Assembly: GCA_034189085.1 (NCBI GenBank)
Contig: JAXHVH010000005.1
Span: forward strand, 2,180-66,179
Length of the DNA: 64,000 nucleotides
Direction of reading: 5' to 3'
Source: Bacillota bacterium
GTDB taxonomy: Bacteria; Bacillota; Dethiobacteria; DTU022
Under the pieces are notes generated by a model. It had not been told where the DNA came from and did no database searches. It was given only the letters and a program-made list of their open reading frames with translations. Positions 38,430 to 48,664 of the stretch are shown in pieces. The translations under genes were made by a program, and so were the position numbers. Positions within the stretch are counted from its first letter, which is position 1, and each line of letters starts with the position of its first letter.

Positions 38430-39638
38430 TTATTGATTCACCGGGCCGAGATAATCAAGGGCCAGACCGGCGAAAATTGCCGGTCCCATCCAGAGCACGC
38501 TTTCATCAATGTCAAAACGCGAGTTGTGATGGGGATAAACTATGCCCCTGGCCGGATTGCCGGTACCGAGGACAAAATAAGCACCGGGCACCTTTTCGAA
38601 ATAGTAGGCCATATCTTCGGTTCCCATATTCGGTTTTTTAACCATAATAATATTATCCCTGCCCACTACTCTGCTTGCTGCCGAAACAACCCGTTTCACA
38701 TATTCCGGATCGTTAACTGTCGGTGGATAACCGCCCAGGATCTTTACCTCCGCTACAGCCCGGTTGGCGGCAGCAGTAGCTGTACAGATTTCCTGCAGGC
38801 GCACTGTTACAAAATCTCGATCTGATCCCTCCATGGTCCGAAAATCACCGCTAAAAGATACTTTGTCGGTGATGATATTCATGGCCTCGCCGCCTTTAAT
38901 CTTACCTATGGTCAGCACTACAGGGTTGAGGGGGTTAGTCTCGCGGCTCACTATTTTCTGCAGGGCAAGAATTATTTCAGCCGACGTGGTTATGGCATCG
39001 ACACCGAGGTGAGGGAGAGCACCGTGCGTGCTGCTGCCTTTAATCAATACCTCAAAAGCAGTTGATGCGGCAAGAATAGGCCCTGCACAGATGCCAATCT
39101 GGCCAAGGCCAACTTCAGGAAAGATCTGGCCAACATGCAGCCCCACCACTGCATCAACTGGAGGGTCCTCGAGACAACCATGGGCAATCATGCGGGCGGC
39201 ACCACCGTAACCCTCTTCACCGGGTTGGAAAAACAGTTTAACATTACCCTGCATCCGGGATCGGTAGTCCAACAAGATTTTGGCCGTTCCCAACAGCATG
39301 GCGGCATGGGCATCATGCCCGCAGGCATGCATGTTATTGTTTGTCGAAGCAAAAGGCAGTCCTGTCTCTTCCCGGATGGGCAAGGCATCCATGTCAGAGC
39401 GGAGGGCCAGGGTCGGGCCTCTGCCGGTTCCTTCAATCAAAGCTACTATCCCGGTTTCGGCAGCTATTCGGTAAGAAACGCCCATTTCTTCGAGGCGGCT
39501 GCGCACATAAGCAGATGTCTGGTGCAGATCAAAACCCAGCTCAGGAATGCGGTGTAGATCCCGGCGCCAGCTGACAATATCATCCTGCAAAGCCCGGGCT
39601 GCCCCGATGTAACCGGTAGTTTCTTTTTCATCTTTCAT
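38430..39638 (-). CDS. M20D family amidohydrolase
   Basis: RRDLHRIPELG, RSDMDALP, MHACGHD, FQPGEEG and HHNSRF motifs. Confidence 0.92.
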   Translation of the reverse strand: MKDEKETTGYIGAARALQDDIVSWRRDLHRIPELGFDLHQTSAYVRSRLEEMGVSYRIAAETGIVALIEGTGRGPTLALRSDMDALPIREETGLPFASTNNNMHACGHDAHAAMLLGTAKILLDYRSRMQGNVKLFFQPGEEGYGGAARMIAHGCLEDPPVDAVVGLHVGQIFPEVGLGQIGICAGPILAASTAFEVLIKGSSTHGALPHLGVDAITTSAEIILALQKIVSRETNPLNPVVLTIGKIKGGEAMNIITDKVSFSGDFRTMEGSDRDFVTVRLQEICTATAAANRAVAEVKILGGYPPTVNDPEYVKRVVSAASRVVGRDNIIMVKKPNMGTEDMAYYFEKVPGAYFVLGTGNPARGIVYPHHNSRFDIDESVLWMGPAIFAGLALDYLGPVNQ

Positions 39639-39670
39639 GAATTGCAGGCCTCCTTTGTCCCGGCAAAGTC

Positions 39671-40057
39671 TTATCCGAATAAAGCCTTTACGTCCTCCTT
39701 GCTCAAATTGATAACCGTAAAAATGCCGAGAATAGTCCCCAGGGGAACAATAAGGCATTCAATAAAAGCAATAACCAGGCAAAAGTTATATGATTGCTTC
39801 TGCTTTAACCTGGTCCCGGTTATGATGATCAAAACAGCCATTACCCATCCACCAATAATCAAGATTGTTGAAAGGACAAGAAAGATTGCCCCGAAAACAC
39901 GGGGAGCACCACTCCCGGTGTAGGTGCCCGAGCCTATCATGGCCAGGCCGATGAACAGATAAATAAAAGGTATGCAGGCCGAAAGAGCTGTCAACACCCC
40001 GAGGACGTAATGCAGTGTTCCCAGCAGATCAAGATTATTTTCCTTCATAGTACTCAT
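39671..40057 (-). CDS. Small integral membrane protein
   Basis: Three to four TM segments, PLGTILG motif, GGAGG RBS. Confidence 0.75.
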   Translation of the reverse strand: MSTMKENNLDLLGTLHYVLGVLTALSACIPFIYLFIGLAMIGSGTYTGSGAPRVFGAIFLVLSTILIIGGWVMAVLIIITGTRLKQKQSYNFCLVIAFIECLIVPLGTILGIFTVINLSKEDVKALFG

Positions 40058-40135
40058 TTTAATCCCTCCTCACTGCTATTGACAGTTGATACAGCAACCC
40101 GGTTACGGCCTTCTTCCTTGGCTTGATAAAGAGCC

Positions 40136-40462
40136 TTATCGGCCGCTGAAAGTACATCTTTCAGTCCGCTCATCGCTTTTAAGGCGGTCGTTTTTTTCGG
40201 TATAGGCAAGGGCAAAAAGGATGTACAGAGCAGGGATAGCCGCTATACCAATGTATTCAATCTTCAGCCAAAAAAGGACCGTTTCCAGATCAAACGATGA
40301 TATTTCCAACCCGTAGGCAGAAGAATACAAAGCGCAGGCCAGAGCGAGCAGTGAGAATTCTTTGGCTCCCCCCGCTGTTTTATAATTCCAGGCGGTAAAA
40401 GCAAGAATCAGCATTAGCAAGCTGAAAATGTAAAGTGGAAGGCTGTATAAATTAAAAAACAT
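40136..40462 (-). pseudogene. Truncated HisKA_7TM-type N-terminal sensor domain
   Basis: YGLEI...FWLKIEYIG...FALAYT covers only about three of seven helices, then reads into unrelated sequence; no signalling domain. Confidence 0.65.
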
Positions 40463-40708
40463 ATCATATCTCCAAAAACTAATTTTTGTGATTATTCGAC
40501 AGTAAACAGCAAACCCCTTTTATCAACCGGCGGCAGTGTCATTTCTCAGTTACGATTTTACCACATAAAAGAGGGCATATCTTTAAGAAAGTATACCCCT
40601 CGCTTAATCAATTGACCATGCTCACATGTTCCACCTGAGCAGGCACCCTCAGCAGCCGGCCGCTGCCTCTTCAAGAATATCTTCCACCGGTTAGCCTTTT
40701 CTCACCTT

Positions 40709-41737
40709 TCAAGCATGGGCAAGAATATCTTTTACCACCATAATCGTTTTTTCGATGTCACGATGATTTACTTCCTTGCTGGTTGTAAAACGAATCCGGT
40801 CCGGTTCAATTACTACAGTTAGGATACCCCTTTTAGCCAGTTCGTCTCCAAAGCGGTGAACGGACATGGTGGCAGGTTTAACGATAACAATATTTGTTTC
40901 CACGTCGGCAGGGTTAAACTCGATGCCCTTCAAATCAGCCAGGCCGTCGGCGAGAAAACGAGCATTGTCATGATCTTCAGCCAGCCGATCAATCATCGTC
41001 TCGAGAGCCACAATGCCGGCCGCTGCAATTATTCCCGCCTGGCGCATCCCACCACCCATTCTTTTCCGCCACCGCAGCGCCCTCTCCATGAAATCACGCG
41101 GACCCAATATAATGGAGCCGACAGGAGCACCGAGGCCCTTGGAAAGGCAAAACTGGACCGAGGTAGCGCAGGCGGCAAAATCCCTGGCCGGGACACCCGA
41201 GGCAACGGAAGCATTAAAAATACGGGCACCGTCAAGGTGAACAGGCAGATCATGCCGGCAGGCCACATCGTAAACCGCCTGCATGTCTTCGAGGGGAACA
41301 ACTGTGCCACCAGCCCTGTTATGGGTGTTTTCCATACAGATCAGCGAGGTAGGGGGAAGGTGAATGTCGTCTTCCCGGATAGCCCACTCTACCAGCTTTG
41401 CAGGTAAAGATCCCTTTTTCCCCGGCAGCGGCCGGGGTTGAACCCCGCCAAACACCGAAGCGGCAGCTGCTTCATAATAATAGATATGTGAATCCGCTTC
41501 CAGGATAATTTCAGTTCCTGGGCGGGTATGGGCCAGGACTGATATCTGGTTGCCCATTGTCCCACTGGGCACCAGCATGGCAGCTTCCTTGCCGAGCATC
41601 TCGGCAGCCATCTCCTGCAAGTGGTTAACCGACGGATCTTCACCGTAAACATCGTCTCCTACTTCGGCCCTGTAGATAGCCTGCCGCATTTCATCGGTGA
41701 GCAGGGTCACAGTATCACTGCGCAAATCAATCATCAT
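40709..41737 (-). CDS. ltaE: Low-specificity L-threonine aldolase
   Basis: DLRSDTVT, GDDVYGED, ENTHN, HLDGAR and CLSKGLGAPVG motifs. Confidence 0.95.
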   Translation of the reverse strand: MMIDLRSDTVTLLTDEMRQAIYRAEVGDDVYGEDPSVNHLQEMAAEMLGKEAAMLVPSGTMGNQISVLAHTRPGTEIILEADSHIYYYEAAAASVFGGVQPRPLPGKKGSLPAKLVEWAIREDDIHLPPTSLICMENTHNRAGGTVVPLEDMQAVYDVACRHDLPVHLDGARIFNASVASGVPARDFAACATSVQFCLSKGLGAPVGSIILGPRDFMERALRWRKRMGGGMRQAGIIAAAGIVALETMIDRLAEDHDNARFLADGLADLKGIEFNPADVETNIVIVKPATMSVHRFGDELAKRGILTVVIEPDRIRFTTSKEVNHRDIEKTIMVVKDILAHA

Positions 41738-41898
41738 ATCTTCCTCCCATAATCTTCAATGATTGTATTGTAACAAAGCGGAACGCTGTAAGAAAACCAT
41801 AGAGCTGCGCCTGCTGAAAATTGATAAAAAGCCTGCCTTCGGGCAAAAGAAAAGTTCCGGCGCCGTAATTCGGCCTGTTAGCTCATCGCCAGATCAGC

Positions 41899-44091
41899 TT
41901 ATTTGTTAAGATCGAGTGTAAAATAAAAGGTGGCTCCCTCCCCGGGTTTTCCTTCCGCCCATATTCTGCCACCGTGCCTGTCAATAATCCTCTGGACTAT
42001 GCTCAGGCCAATTCCGCTTCCGGGATATGCATCGGGAGGATGCAGTCTCCGGAAGGGATTAAAGAGATCCCCGGCATAAGCCATGTCAAAGCCGATCCCG
42101 TTGTCGCGGACGAAATAAATTTTCCTGCTCTCTTTTTTAAAACAGCCCAATTCTATGCGGCCAGGATTGGAGGCTACCGTGAACTTCCAGGCATTATCGA
42201 GCATATTTTCCAGGGCTATACGCAGCAGAGCGACATCCCCAAAAGCTTCAAGCCCTTCCGCGACGACGAATTCGACCCTGCGCTGCGGATCTTTCTCCCG
42301 CAGATGCCTGGCATAAGCCTCAGCCATGCCCGTAAGATTAACACTATCCCTGTGCAGTTCCTGCCTGGTTACACGGGACAACTTGAGTAGTTCGTCAATC
42401 AGGTTGTTCATTTGGTGAGCAGAAGCGCAAACTCTCTTTAGATAATCCACACCCTGTTCATCAAGACGTTCACCGTAGTCTTCAAGGACCGCTGCGCTGA
42501 AACCTCCTATACTGCGCAGGGGAGCGCGCAGGTCATGTGATACAGAATAAGTAAAAGCAGTGAGTTCCTGGTTGGCCTGCTCCAGCTCAGCGGTCCGTTC
42601 GCGGACTCGCTGTTCCAGTTCTTCATTGAGATGTTTCAGCTCATTTTCCGTTTCTTTCAGTTCGGTAATATCCAAAGATGTATCCAGTGCACCTATAATT
42701 TGCCCTTTTTCGTCATAAACAGGGGTGCCGTTTACCCTCCAGCAGCGGCCGCCCGGATATTCAATAGTATTCACAGTCCTGCAGCCGGTTTCCAGGCATT
42801 CCACCACCGGGCAGCCCGGACACGGTTGTGTATACCCGTGCCAGACCTGAAAACATTTTTCCCCCATATATTCATAAGGTTCTTGGCGGTGGTTTCCAGT
42901 AACCGCCCGGTTAGCCCAGATGATCCGCATTTCCCTGTCCATATACGTAACCAGTTCAGCCATGTTTTCCAGAATCAAATTCTTTTCCCGCTGTTCTTTC
43001 TGCAGCTTTTCCTCCTGTTTTTTCTTCTCAGTTATATCTTTGGAGACACAGAGAATCCCGATCGGTTCTCCAGCCCTGTTTTTCATGTACGAGATGGAAT
43101 TTTCGACCCAGATTGTCGAACCGTCCTTTTTATACTCTTCCAACTCCAGCTGGACAGTTTTGTTCAAATCGGCCTTATCATCTGCAAGCAGCAGCAATTC
43201 CCGCTGCAGGGTCTTCCGGGCCAGGCCCAGCGATTCAGGAGTAAGGGTCTGTTCCAGGGTTCGCTCCATCGCTTCTGCAGGGGTGAATCCGTGCAAATTG
43301 TAAACGGAGGGGCTGACATAGAGATAATTAAGGCCCATATCCATTACAGTAATGGTATCGGCGGTATTTTCAGCGATGAGCCGGTATTTTTCTTCGCTCT
43401 GCAATAATTCTTTTTCTTTTTGCCTGCCGCGATAGTAATAATAGGTAACGGCGGCAGCCAGGGCAAAAATAACCGTCAGGACCAGGGCAGCTATGTTTCG
43501 TTGCCAGGCAACAGCCTCCTCCAGATCCGTCAGGTAAACACCGGTTCCAATAATCCAATGCCAGGGTTCAAAAGCTGCCACATAGGAAAGTTTCTCCCCT
43601 GTCCGTTCGCTGTCGTCATAGTACTGCCACTGGTAGGTGAGGTGCCCGGCTCCCTCTTCCTGCGCAATCCTGATCATCTCCCGGAAAAGTGGGAAGCCGC
43701 TTTCATCTTCAGTATCTGAAACATCTGTTCCTTCCAGTTCCGGCCGAAAGGGGTGCACAATCACAGTGGCATCATAATCGATGATCCAGAAATAATCCAG
43801 ATCTTCTTCGCCGTAGCGCATAGAGCGGATCAACAGGGCGGCTCTTTCCCTTGCTTCTTCACCGCTTAATATTCCTTGATTCTCCAGATTATTGAAATGG
43901 TCAAGCACAGCAAGCTCACTTTCCACCATCTCACTGGTGAAAACCTCTTTTTCCTGGTAAATATCCCCGTGCAGGGCAGGCAGAACCAGGAAAAGATAGA
44001 TACTGATAACAAAAATCAACAGCAGTAAAATGACCAGCAGCAGCCGAAAATTTTCTTTTTTTATTAAAAAATTGTTTAATTTATTTTGCAA
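41899..44091 (-). CDS. Cache-PAS-PAS sensor histidine kinase (orphan)
   Basis: TM-sCache-TM, two PAS domains, SHDLRAPL H-box, NAWKF, DNGIG and GSGIGL boxes; no adjacent response regulator. Confidence 0.92.
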   Translation of the reverse strand: MQNKLNNFLIKKENFRLLLVILLLLIFVISIYLFLVLPALHGDIYQEKEVFTSEMVESELAVLDHFNNLENQGILSGEEARERAALLIRSMRYGEEDLDYFWIIDYDATVIVHPFRPELEGTDVSDTEDESGFPLFREMIRIAQEEGAGHLTYQWQYYDDSERTGEKLSYVAAFEPWHWIIGTGVYLTDLEEAVAWQRNIAALVLTVIFALAAAVTYYYYRGRQKEKELLQSEEKYRLIAENTADTITVMDMGLNYLYVSPSVYNLHGFTPAEAMERTLEQTLTPESLGLARKTLQRELLLLADDKADLNKTVQLELEEYKKDGSTIWVENSISYMKNRAGEPIGILCVSKDITEKKKQEEKLQKEQREKNLILENMAELVTYMDREMRIIWANRAVTGNHRQEPYEYMGEKCFQVWHGYTQPCPGCPVVECLETGCRTVNTIEYPGGRCWRVNGTPVYDEKGQIIGALDTSLDITELKETENELKHLNEELEQRVRERTAELEQANQELTAFTYSVSHDLRAPLRSIGGFSAAVLEDYGERLDEQGVDYLKRVCASAHQMNNLIDELLKLSRVTRQELHRDSVNLTGMAEAYARHLREKDPQRRVEFVVAEGLEAFGDVALLRIALENMLDNAWKFTVASNPGRIELGCFKKESRKIYFVRDNGIGFDMAYAGDLFNPFRRLHPPDAYPGSGIGLSIVQRIIDRHGGRIWAEGKPGEGATFYFTLDLNK

Positions 44092-44318
44092 AGGATCTCA
44101 ACCTCTTCACACAAATATTATTCGTAATATCCAATAGTAACAATCAAAACTGCTCTGAAAAGGTATAAATAACAGCAACCCGGTCGGGTTTATAATGAAA
44201 TATTCTATAAATTGCCTGAATATCCTTTTTAAGCTAAAGGGTTAAGAATCGAGAAATCCAGATAAAAACTGGGGTTCTACCGTCAATACAATCATCCTGC
44301 TTTTGCTATCGTTTTTAC

Positions 44319-45644
44319 TCAATCGATCCTGAAAAATGATTGATCGAATTCCGGCCTGTTCTCATAGCGGGCCATAAAAAAGCCGGGCAAAGTATCGATC
44401 TGTGAAAAAAGATCCGCTTTGACCGGAATCCCCGCTCCGTTGAGTGCACTGACAATCCCGTCAGGATCGGGCGGACATCCCCTGGCGGCAAATATTTTCC
44501 GGATAGCCGGGTGATTTCTGTTGCGGCGGTACATGCATTCCCCGATCAGGACAGTGGCCTTCATCCCCGGCTCCGGCTCCATCGCCTTGCCGGTAAGCAC
44601 TTCCACTCCGCCCCACGACTGGCCCTGCCAGGCCTGCCGGATAGCGGTCAGGATGAGGCCGTTCAGTCTCGAGCAGTAGGTACACAGGGTGCTGTCAAAC
44701 TTCCTGTAAAACAGCCCTTTTATACCCTGCCTGGCCAGGGCTTCAGGCATTTCGCCCCATTGTTCCCTGTAGTAGGGAAAGTCAAATTGATGATATGATG
44801 AAACTTCTTCAACATCTTCCCCCTTTATCTCCACATCAGAAAGATCATTCGGCCGTCCCACCCTGCCAATTGCCCTGGCCAGGTGTTCCACGAAGGATGG
44901 TTCATAACCCAGGATCCTGGCACCGACCATATCAGCTGAAAGAAGGTCACCAGAAGCAATCAGAAGGTTGCTGCGATGCATCCTGCCATCAAAAGCCGGT
45001 CCGCGCTCCAGGCTGAAAATACCATCAATAATAGTGAGAATCGGGGGTAGTGGATCAGCCAGTCTGGCAATATGAGAGTGAAGATTTTTCAGCTTGTCGG
45101 AGCTGTGGCATTTCCTGCGGGAGGTAATATCGATTGTCCCTTTCAGGTTTTTCAGCCCCAGGCTGACAACAGTCTGGTTATGTGTCTTGAGGACAGGAAG
45201 ATCAACCACGAAATCACTGTCCAGGATATCTTCATTGTAGCTGAGGCTTATCCCCCCTTCCAGTTTGATCTTACGGAAAGGCCTTTTCATTATATTGACG
45301 TATTTGACCCCGTATTTTTCCCGGAGGGTTTCATAGCCAAGCGACCGGAAGGCATGGAGGGGAGTTTCTTCATCATTAGGATCGGCAACCATTCCCTCCC
45401 CGATGGTAATGTCCTTTATCCCGTGCTCCTTAAGGACTGCTACCACATCTTCCACGAGACGCGATGTAGTGACTACACCCCACTTCGGAAAAGAGCAGGC
45501 CCGGGTCCAAAAAACGATGTTCGGTTTGATAAAAACTCGCGCTCCGGGGACCATCTTCGCCAGGCCGTTGCAATCCAGAATTGCTTTCCGCACCGACTGA
45601 TATGGCTTTTCGTAGCGAACAATGGAAACTTTATATTTTGGCAT
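44319..45644 (-). CDS. DUF362 domain protein with Cys-containing C-terminal domain
   Basis: FIKPN, PVLKTH and KNLKG motifs; CTYC, GEC and GCPP in the C-terminus. Confidence 0.8.
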   Translation of the reverse strand: MPKYKVSIVRYEKPYQSVRKAILDCNGLAKMVPGARVFIKPNIVFWTRACSFPKWGVVTTSRLVEDVVAVLKEHGIKDITIGEGMVADPNDEETPLHAFRSLGYETLREKYGVKYVNIMKRPFRKIKLEGGISLSYNEDILDSDFVVDLPVLKTHNQTVVSLGLKNLKGTIDITSRRKCHSSDKLKNLHSHIARLADPLPPILTIIDGIFSLERGPAFDGRMHRSNLLIASGDLLSADMVGARILGYEPSFVEHLARAIGRVGRPNDLSDVEIKGEDVEEVSSYHQFDFPYYREQWGEMPEALARQGIKGLFYRKFDSTLCTYCSRLNGLILTAIRQAWQGQSWGGVEVLTGKAMEPEPGMKATVLIGECMYRRNRNHPAIRKIFAARGCPPDPDGIVSALNGAGIPVKADLFSQIDTLPGFFMARYENRPEFDQSFFRID

Positions 45645-45689
45645 CCCCTATCCTCCCGGCAGGCATGTAAAATTCTCGCGGGTATAAAA

Positions 45690-47159
45690 TCAATGGAGGA
45701 AAGATCCGAAGATCAGAAAAGAGGCGGTGATAAAGAAAGGCACAATCAGGGTCAGCGGTAATCCTGCTTTCAGAAAATCCCGGATTGAAAAATAACCGGC
45801 AGAGTAGGGAATGACATTGGTGGGGCTGGAAGTGACCAGCAGAAAAGCCAGAGAAGTGGCAATGGCCACCGGACCGGCCAGCATCCAGGGATCCAGTTTC
45901 AACTCAACCGCAAGGGCAATGACCAGGGGCACCATAATTACACCGGTTACTGTGTTGCTGGAAAAAAACACTTTCAGAATCTCCACTGCCAGAACAGCCA
46001 GTATTATTCGAGCAGCCAGAGTAAGACTTCCCAGGGGCGAAAAGGCAATGGCCGCCAGCCAGCCGGCTGCTCCTGTTTCATAGACAACCGCTCCCAGTGA
46101 AAGTCCGGCAGCAATGAGAACAATTGCTCCCCAGTCTACATCTTTCTGGGCTTCCTTCCAGCTCAATAGATCAATCCCCGGCAGGAAGAAAAGAGCAGCC
46201 GCAGCCAGGGCAACTAATTCAATAGGCACTGAATAACCGGTCAGCAGGGCAAGGAGGGGATCGCCAACCCAGAACACAACGGCTAACAAGAATATTGCCA
46301 GCGCTTTAATTTCCCGGGCTGTTAATTTTTCTTTTTTTGCCGATCCCCTTGCAGGCAGCCCGGCAAGGATCTCTTCAGATACTGGCTCGGGAGGGAAAAC
46401 CCGGATCAGTAACAGGTAAGCAAGGGGCAAAATCAGGAGGGCTGCCGGCACTCCGACAATCATCCAGCGTAGAAAATCAATCTGGACCCCGGCCAGATCA
46501 CGCAGATAACCAAGGGCGACCACGTTAGCCCCATTGCCAACCGGAGTTGATATACCACCGATGGCCGGCCCCCAGGCTACAGCAATCATCAGGGAACGGC
46601 CAAAATTGCTTTTCAGAGGCAGGGCCTTGCAGCGATGCAAAATGTTTAAAGCTACCGGCAGCAAAATTGCCGACACCGACATGTTCACTATCCACATGGA
46701 AAGCAGCGCCCCGATCATCATAAATACAAACACCAGTTTACGGGGATTGAAGCCAACCCGATTGATGATCGCCGCCGTCAGGCGGTCGGCAAGGCCGGAG
46801 CGGGTCAGCCCTGAAGAAAGGATCAGAATTCCGATAAAAAAGACCACCACTGTGTTGCCAAAACCATAAGCTACCGTTTCTTTTAAAGGATGCAAGCCCA
46901 GCAGCGGCACCAGGAGAAGCCCAATGAGGGCGGCAATAACAAAGGGGACTGCTTCCGTAACCCAGAGGATGATGACAAAAGCAAGAACAGCCAGGGCTGC
47001 TTTCCCCTCCGCTGTCAGCATGGGCTCAACCGCAGTGGCATTAAAAATATCAAGAGGCAGGAGGTAAAAGACAACCAGAACCAGAACCGCCACCAGCAGG
47101 ATAAATATACGCCTCAATAAGGCTTGACTGTTGTTGGTTTCATCGGGGTTCCCGGACAA
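45690..47159 (-). CDS. SLC13/DASS anion:sodium symporter
   Basis: WVTEAVP, SMWIVN, TPVGNGAN, SSNT and SPTN motifs. Confidence 0.9.
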   Translation of the reverse strand: MSGNPDETNNSQALLRRIFILLVAVLVLVVFYLLPLDIFNATAVEPMLTAEGKAALAVLAFVIILWVTEAVPFVIAALIGLLLVPLLGLHPLKETVAYGFGNTVVVFFIGILILSSGLTRSGLADRLTAAIINRVGFNPRKLVFVFMMIGALLSMWIVNMSVSAILLPVALNILHRCKALPLKSNFGRSLMIAVAWGPAIGGISTPVGNGANVVALGYLRDLAGVQIDFLRWMIVGVPAALLILPLAYLLLIRVFPPEPVSEEILAGLPARGSAKKEKLTAREIKALAIFLLAVVFWVGDPLLALLTGYSVPIELVALAAAALFFLPGIDLLSWKEAQKDVDWGAIVLIAAGLSLGAVVYETGAAGWLAAIAFSPLGSLTLAARIILAVLAVEILKVFFSSNTVTGVIMVPLVIALAVELKLDPWMLAGPVAIATSLAFLLVTSSPTNVIPYSAGYFSIRDFLKAGLPLTLIVPFFITASFLIFGSFLH

Positions 47160-47381
47160 ATCATTACTATCCCTTCATCGTTTGTATGCCTGTTTCAAAT
47201 TACCCATACTGCTGTGATAATAGCACTGCAGGCTGCCGGCTATTAATATTCACCCATCTTTCATCACCCTGCAGGACTGCGCCGGCATCCCAGATATAAA
47301 ACCGGCCATCCCATTAAACTCACCTGCAGTTAACAGCTTGCTCTACATCAGATAATCCCGGCTTGATCACACCGGCAATCG

Positions 47382-47942
47382 CTATCTTTTAAGAAAATCC
47401 CAGAAGCCTTTCTTTTGTGGTTCAGGAGAATCTTCTTCCACTTCCAGAACGTCGTTTCCATTCTGCTGCTTTCTCAGTTTTTCTTCTAACTTTTGCTTTT
47501 CGGCCTCCAGCTCAGCCTGCTCCTTTGCTGTAGTTTCTTCGCGTTCTCTTCTCTGTTTGTTTAGTTCTTCGGCCAGCTCATTTTTTTCAGCTTCCAGTTT
47601 GGCTTTGGCTCTCTCTGCAGTTTTTTCACGTTCCTTTTTAAAATTCTCCAGCTCTTCTTCCAGTTTCTTGTTTTCATTTTCCAGGAATTTAACGCGGCGC
47701 TGTAATTCCTTTTTGTAGTTACGTTCACTTTCAGATTTTATATAGTTATGGATACTGCGGTAGATTCCATAAAAAATCATAACCAAAATCCCCGCCAGGG
47801 CTGAACCCAGGATCACCATAAACAGGGTCAGCTCCACCTCGCCGAAAATGTAATTTACAGTAACCATGTCATTATTTAGTACAGCTACTATGACAACAGC
47901 CAGGACCACTATTATCATCAAGATAATGAATAAAATCCTCAT
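47382..47942 (-). CDS. LapA (DUF1049) family membrane protein with coiled-coil tail
   Basis: TM-NNDMVTVNYIFG-TM followed by an E/K-rich coiled coil; GGAGG RBS. Confidence 0.75.
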   Translation of the reverse strand: MRILFIILMIIVVLAVVIVAVLNNDMVTVNYIFGEVELTLFMVILGSALAGILVMIFYGIYRSIHNYIKSESERNYKKELQRRVKFLENENKKLEEELENFKKEREKTAERAKAKLEAEKNELAEELNKQRREREETTAKEQAELEAEKQKLEEKLRKQQNGNDVLEVEEDSPEPQKKGFWDFLKR

Positions 47943-48005
47943 TTTCCTTTCCCCTCCAATCGATTTAAATTCGAGTTTGCCTGCCCGGTTAATAAGAGCA
48001 AACTT

Positions 48006-48041
48006 ATTTGTGCCTGCAGACACATTTGTGCCTGCATACAC
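48006..48041. repeat. 18-bp tandem repeat upstream of the lapA-like gene
   Basis: ATTTGTGCCTGCAGACAC followed by ATTTGTGCCTGCATACAC. Confidence 0.8.
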
Positions 48042-48197
48042 GACAAAATATAACCGGGTAACCCTATGTTTTAAATTCCACAACAACCTTGATATTCCTT
48101 TGATCATTAGAAACAAACATGTGCCGGGGTCAGGGCTCCCCACCAAGTTTAATAAGTTGAAACATACACTTTAAAGTGCTATGATGAAGAAAATGAA

Positions 48198-48295
48198 TAG
48201 TGCCAAGGGGAGCTGGGGTAACCTGGCTGAGAAAGAACTGTTCCTGTTCTGACCCTTTGACCTGATCTGGATAATGCCAGCGTAGGGATGTATTT
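48198..48295 (+). ncRNA. TPP riboswitch
   Basis: GGGG...GCTGAGA...CCC...ACCTGATCTGGATAATGCCAGCGTAGGGA THI-box consensus upstream of thiamine genes. Confidence 0.95.
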
Positions 48296-48310
48296 TAAGC
48301 ATTTTTTTTC

Positions 48311-48345
48311 AGGCTGTCGCCCATGTTGGCGACAGTTTTTATTTT
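48311..48345 (+). terminator. Riboswitch expression-platform terminator
   Basis: CTGTCGCC-catgtt-GGCGACAG followed by TTTTTATTTT. Confidence 0.8.
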
Positions 48346-48373
48346 AAATCCTCTTGAGGAAGGAAGTGTACCA

Positions 48374-48664
48374 ATGCCCGTTTGCAACCTCAGTCTGCAG
48401 ATTATTCCCGTTGTTCCAGAAGAACAGGTTTATCCCATTGTCGACCGGGTTATTGCCATGATCGCGGAATCAAAAGTGAAATATGCGGTTGGACCGATGG
48501 AGACGACCATGGAAGGAGAACTTGACAAGCTTCTGGATATTGTTAAAAAGGCCCAGGCCTTGTGTGCTAACGCCGGAGCCGAGCGTGTCCTTTCTGTCAT
48601 CAAGATCGATTACCGCACCGGGGGAGTGACCATGGATGAAAAAATGGCTAAATATAAAAAATAA
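48374..48664 (+). CDS. Thiamine-binding protein (DUF77/MTH1187 family)
   Basis: SLQIIP, VGPMETTMEG and IKID motifs; first gene after the TPP riboswitch. Confidence 0.88.
   Translation: MPVCNLSLQIIPVVPEEQVYPIVDRVIAMIAESKVKYAVGPMETTMEGELDKLLDIVKKAQALCANAGAERVLSVIKIDYRTGGVTMDEKMAKYKK

Noticed and set aside
41750-41898. Possible glycine riboswitch upstream of ltaE
   Set aside because: Only a CCGAAGG-containing hairpin is present; the other conserved aptamer elements are missing, and it fits a terminator better.
47195-47365. Minus-strand frame reading WDGRFYIWD..., possibly a decayed repeat-protein fragment
   Set aside because: Short, interrupted by stops and without a start; too weak to call.
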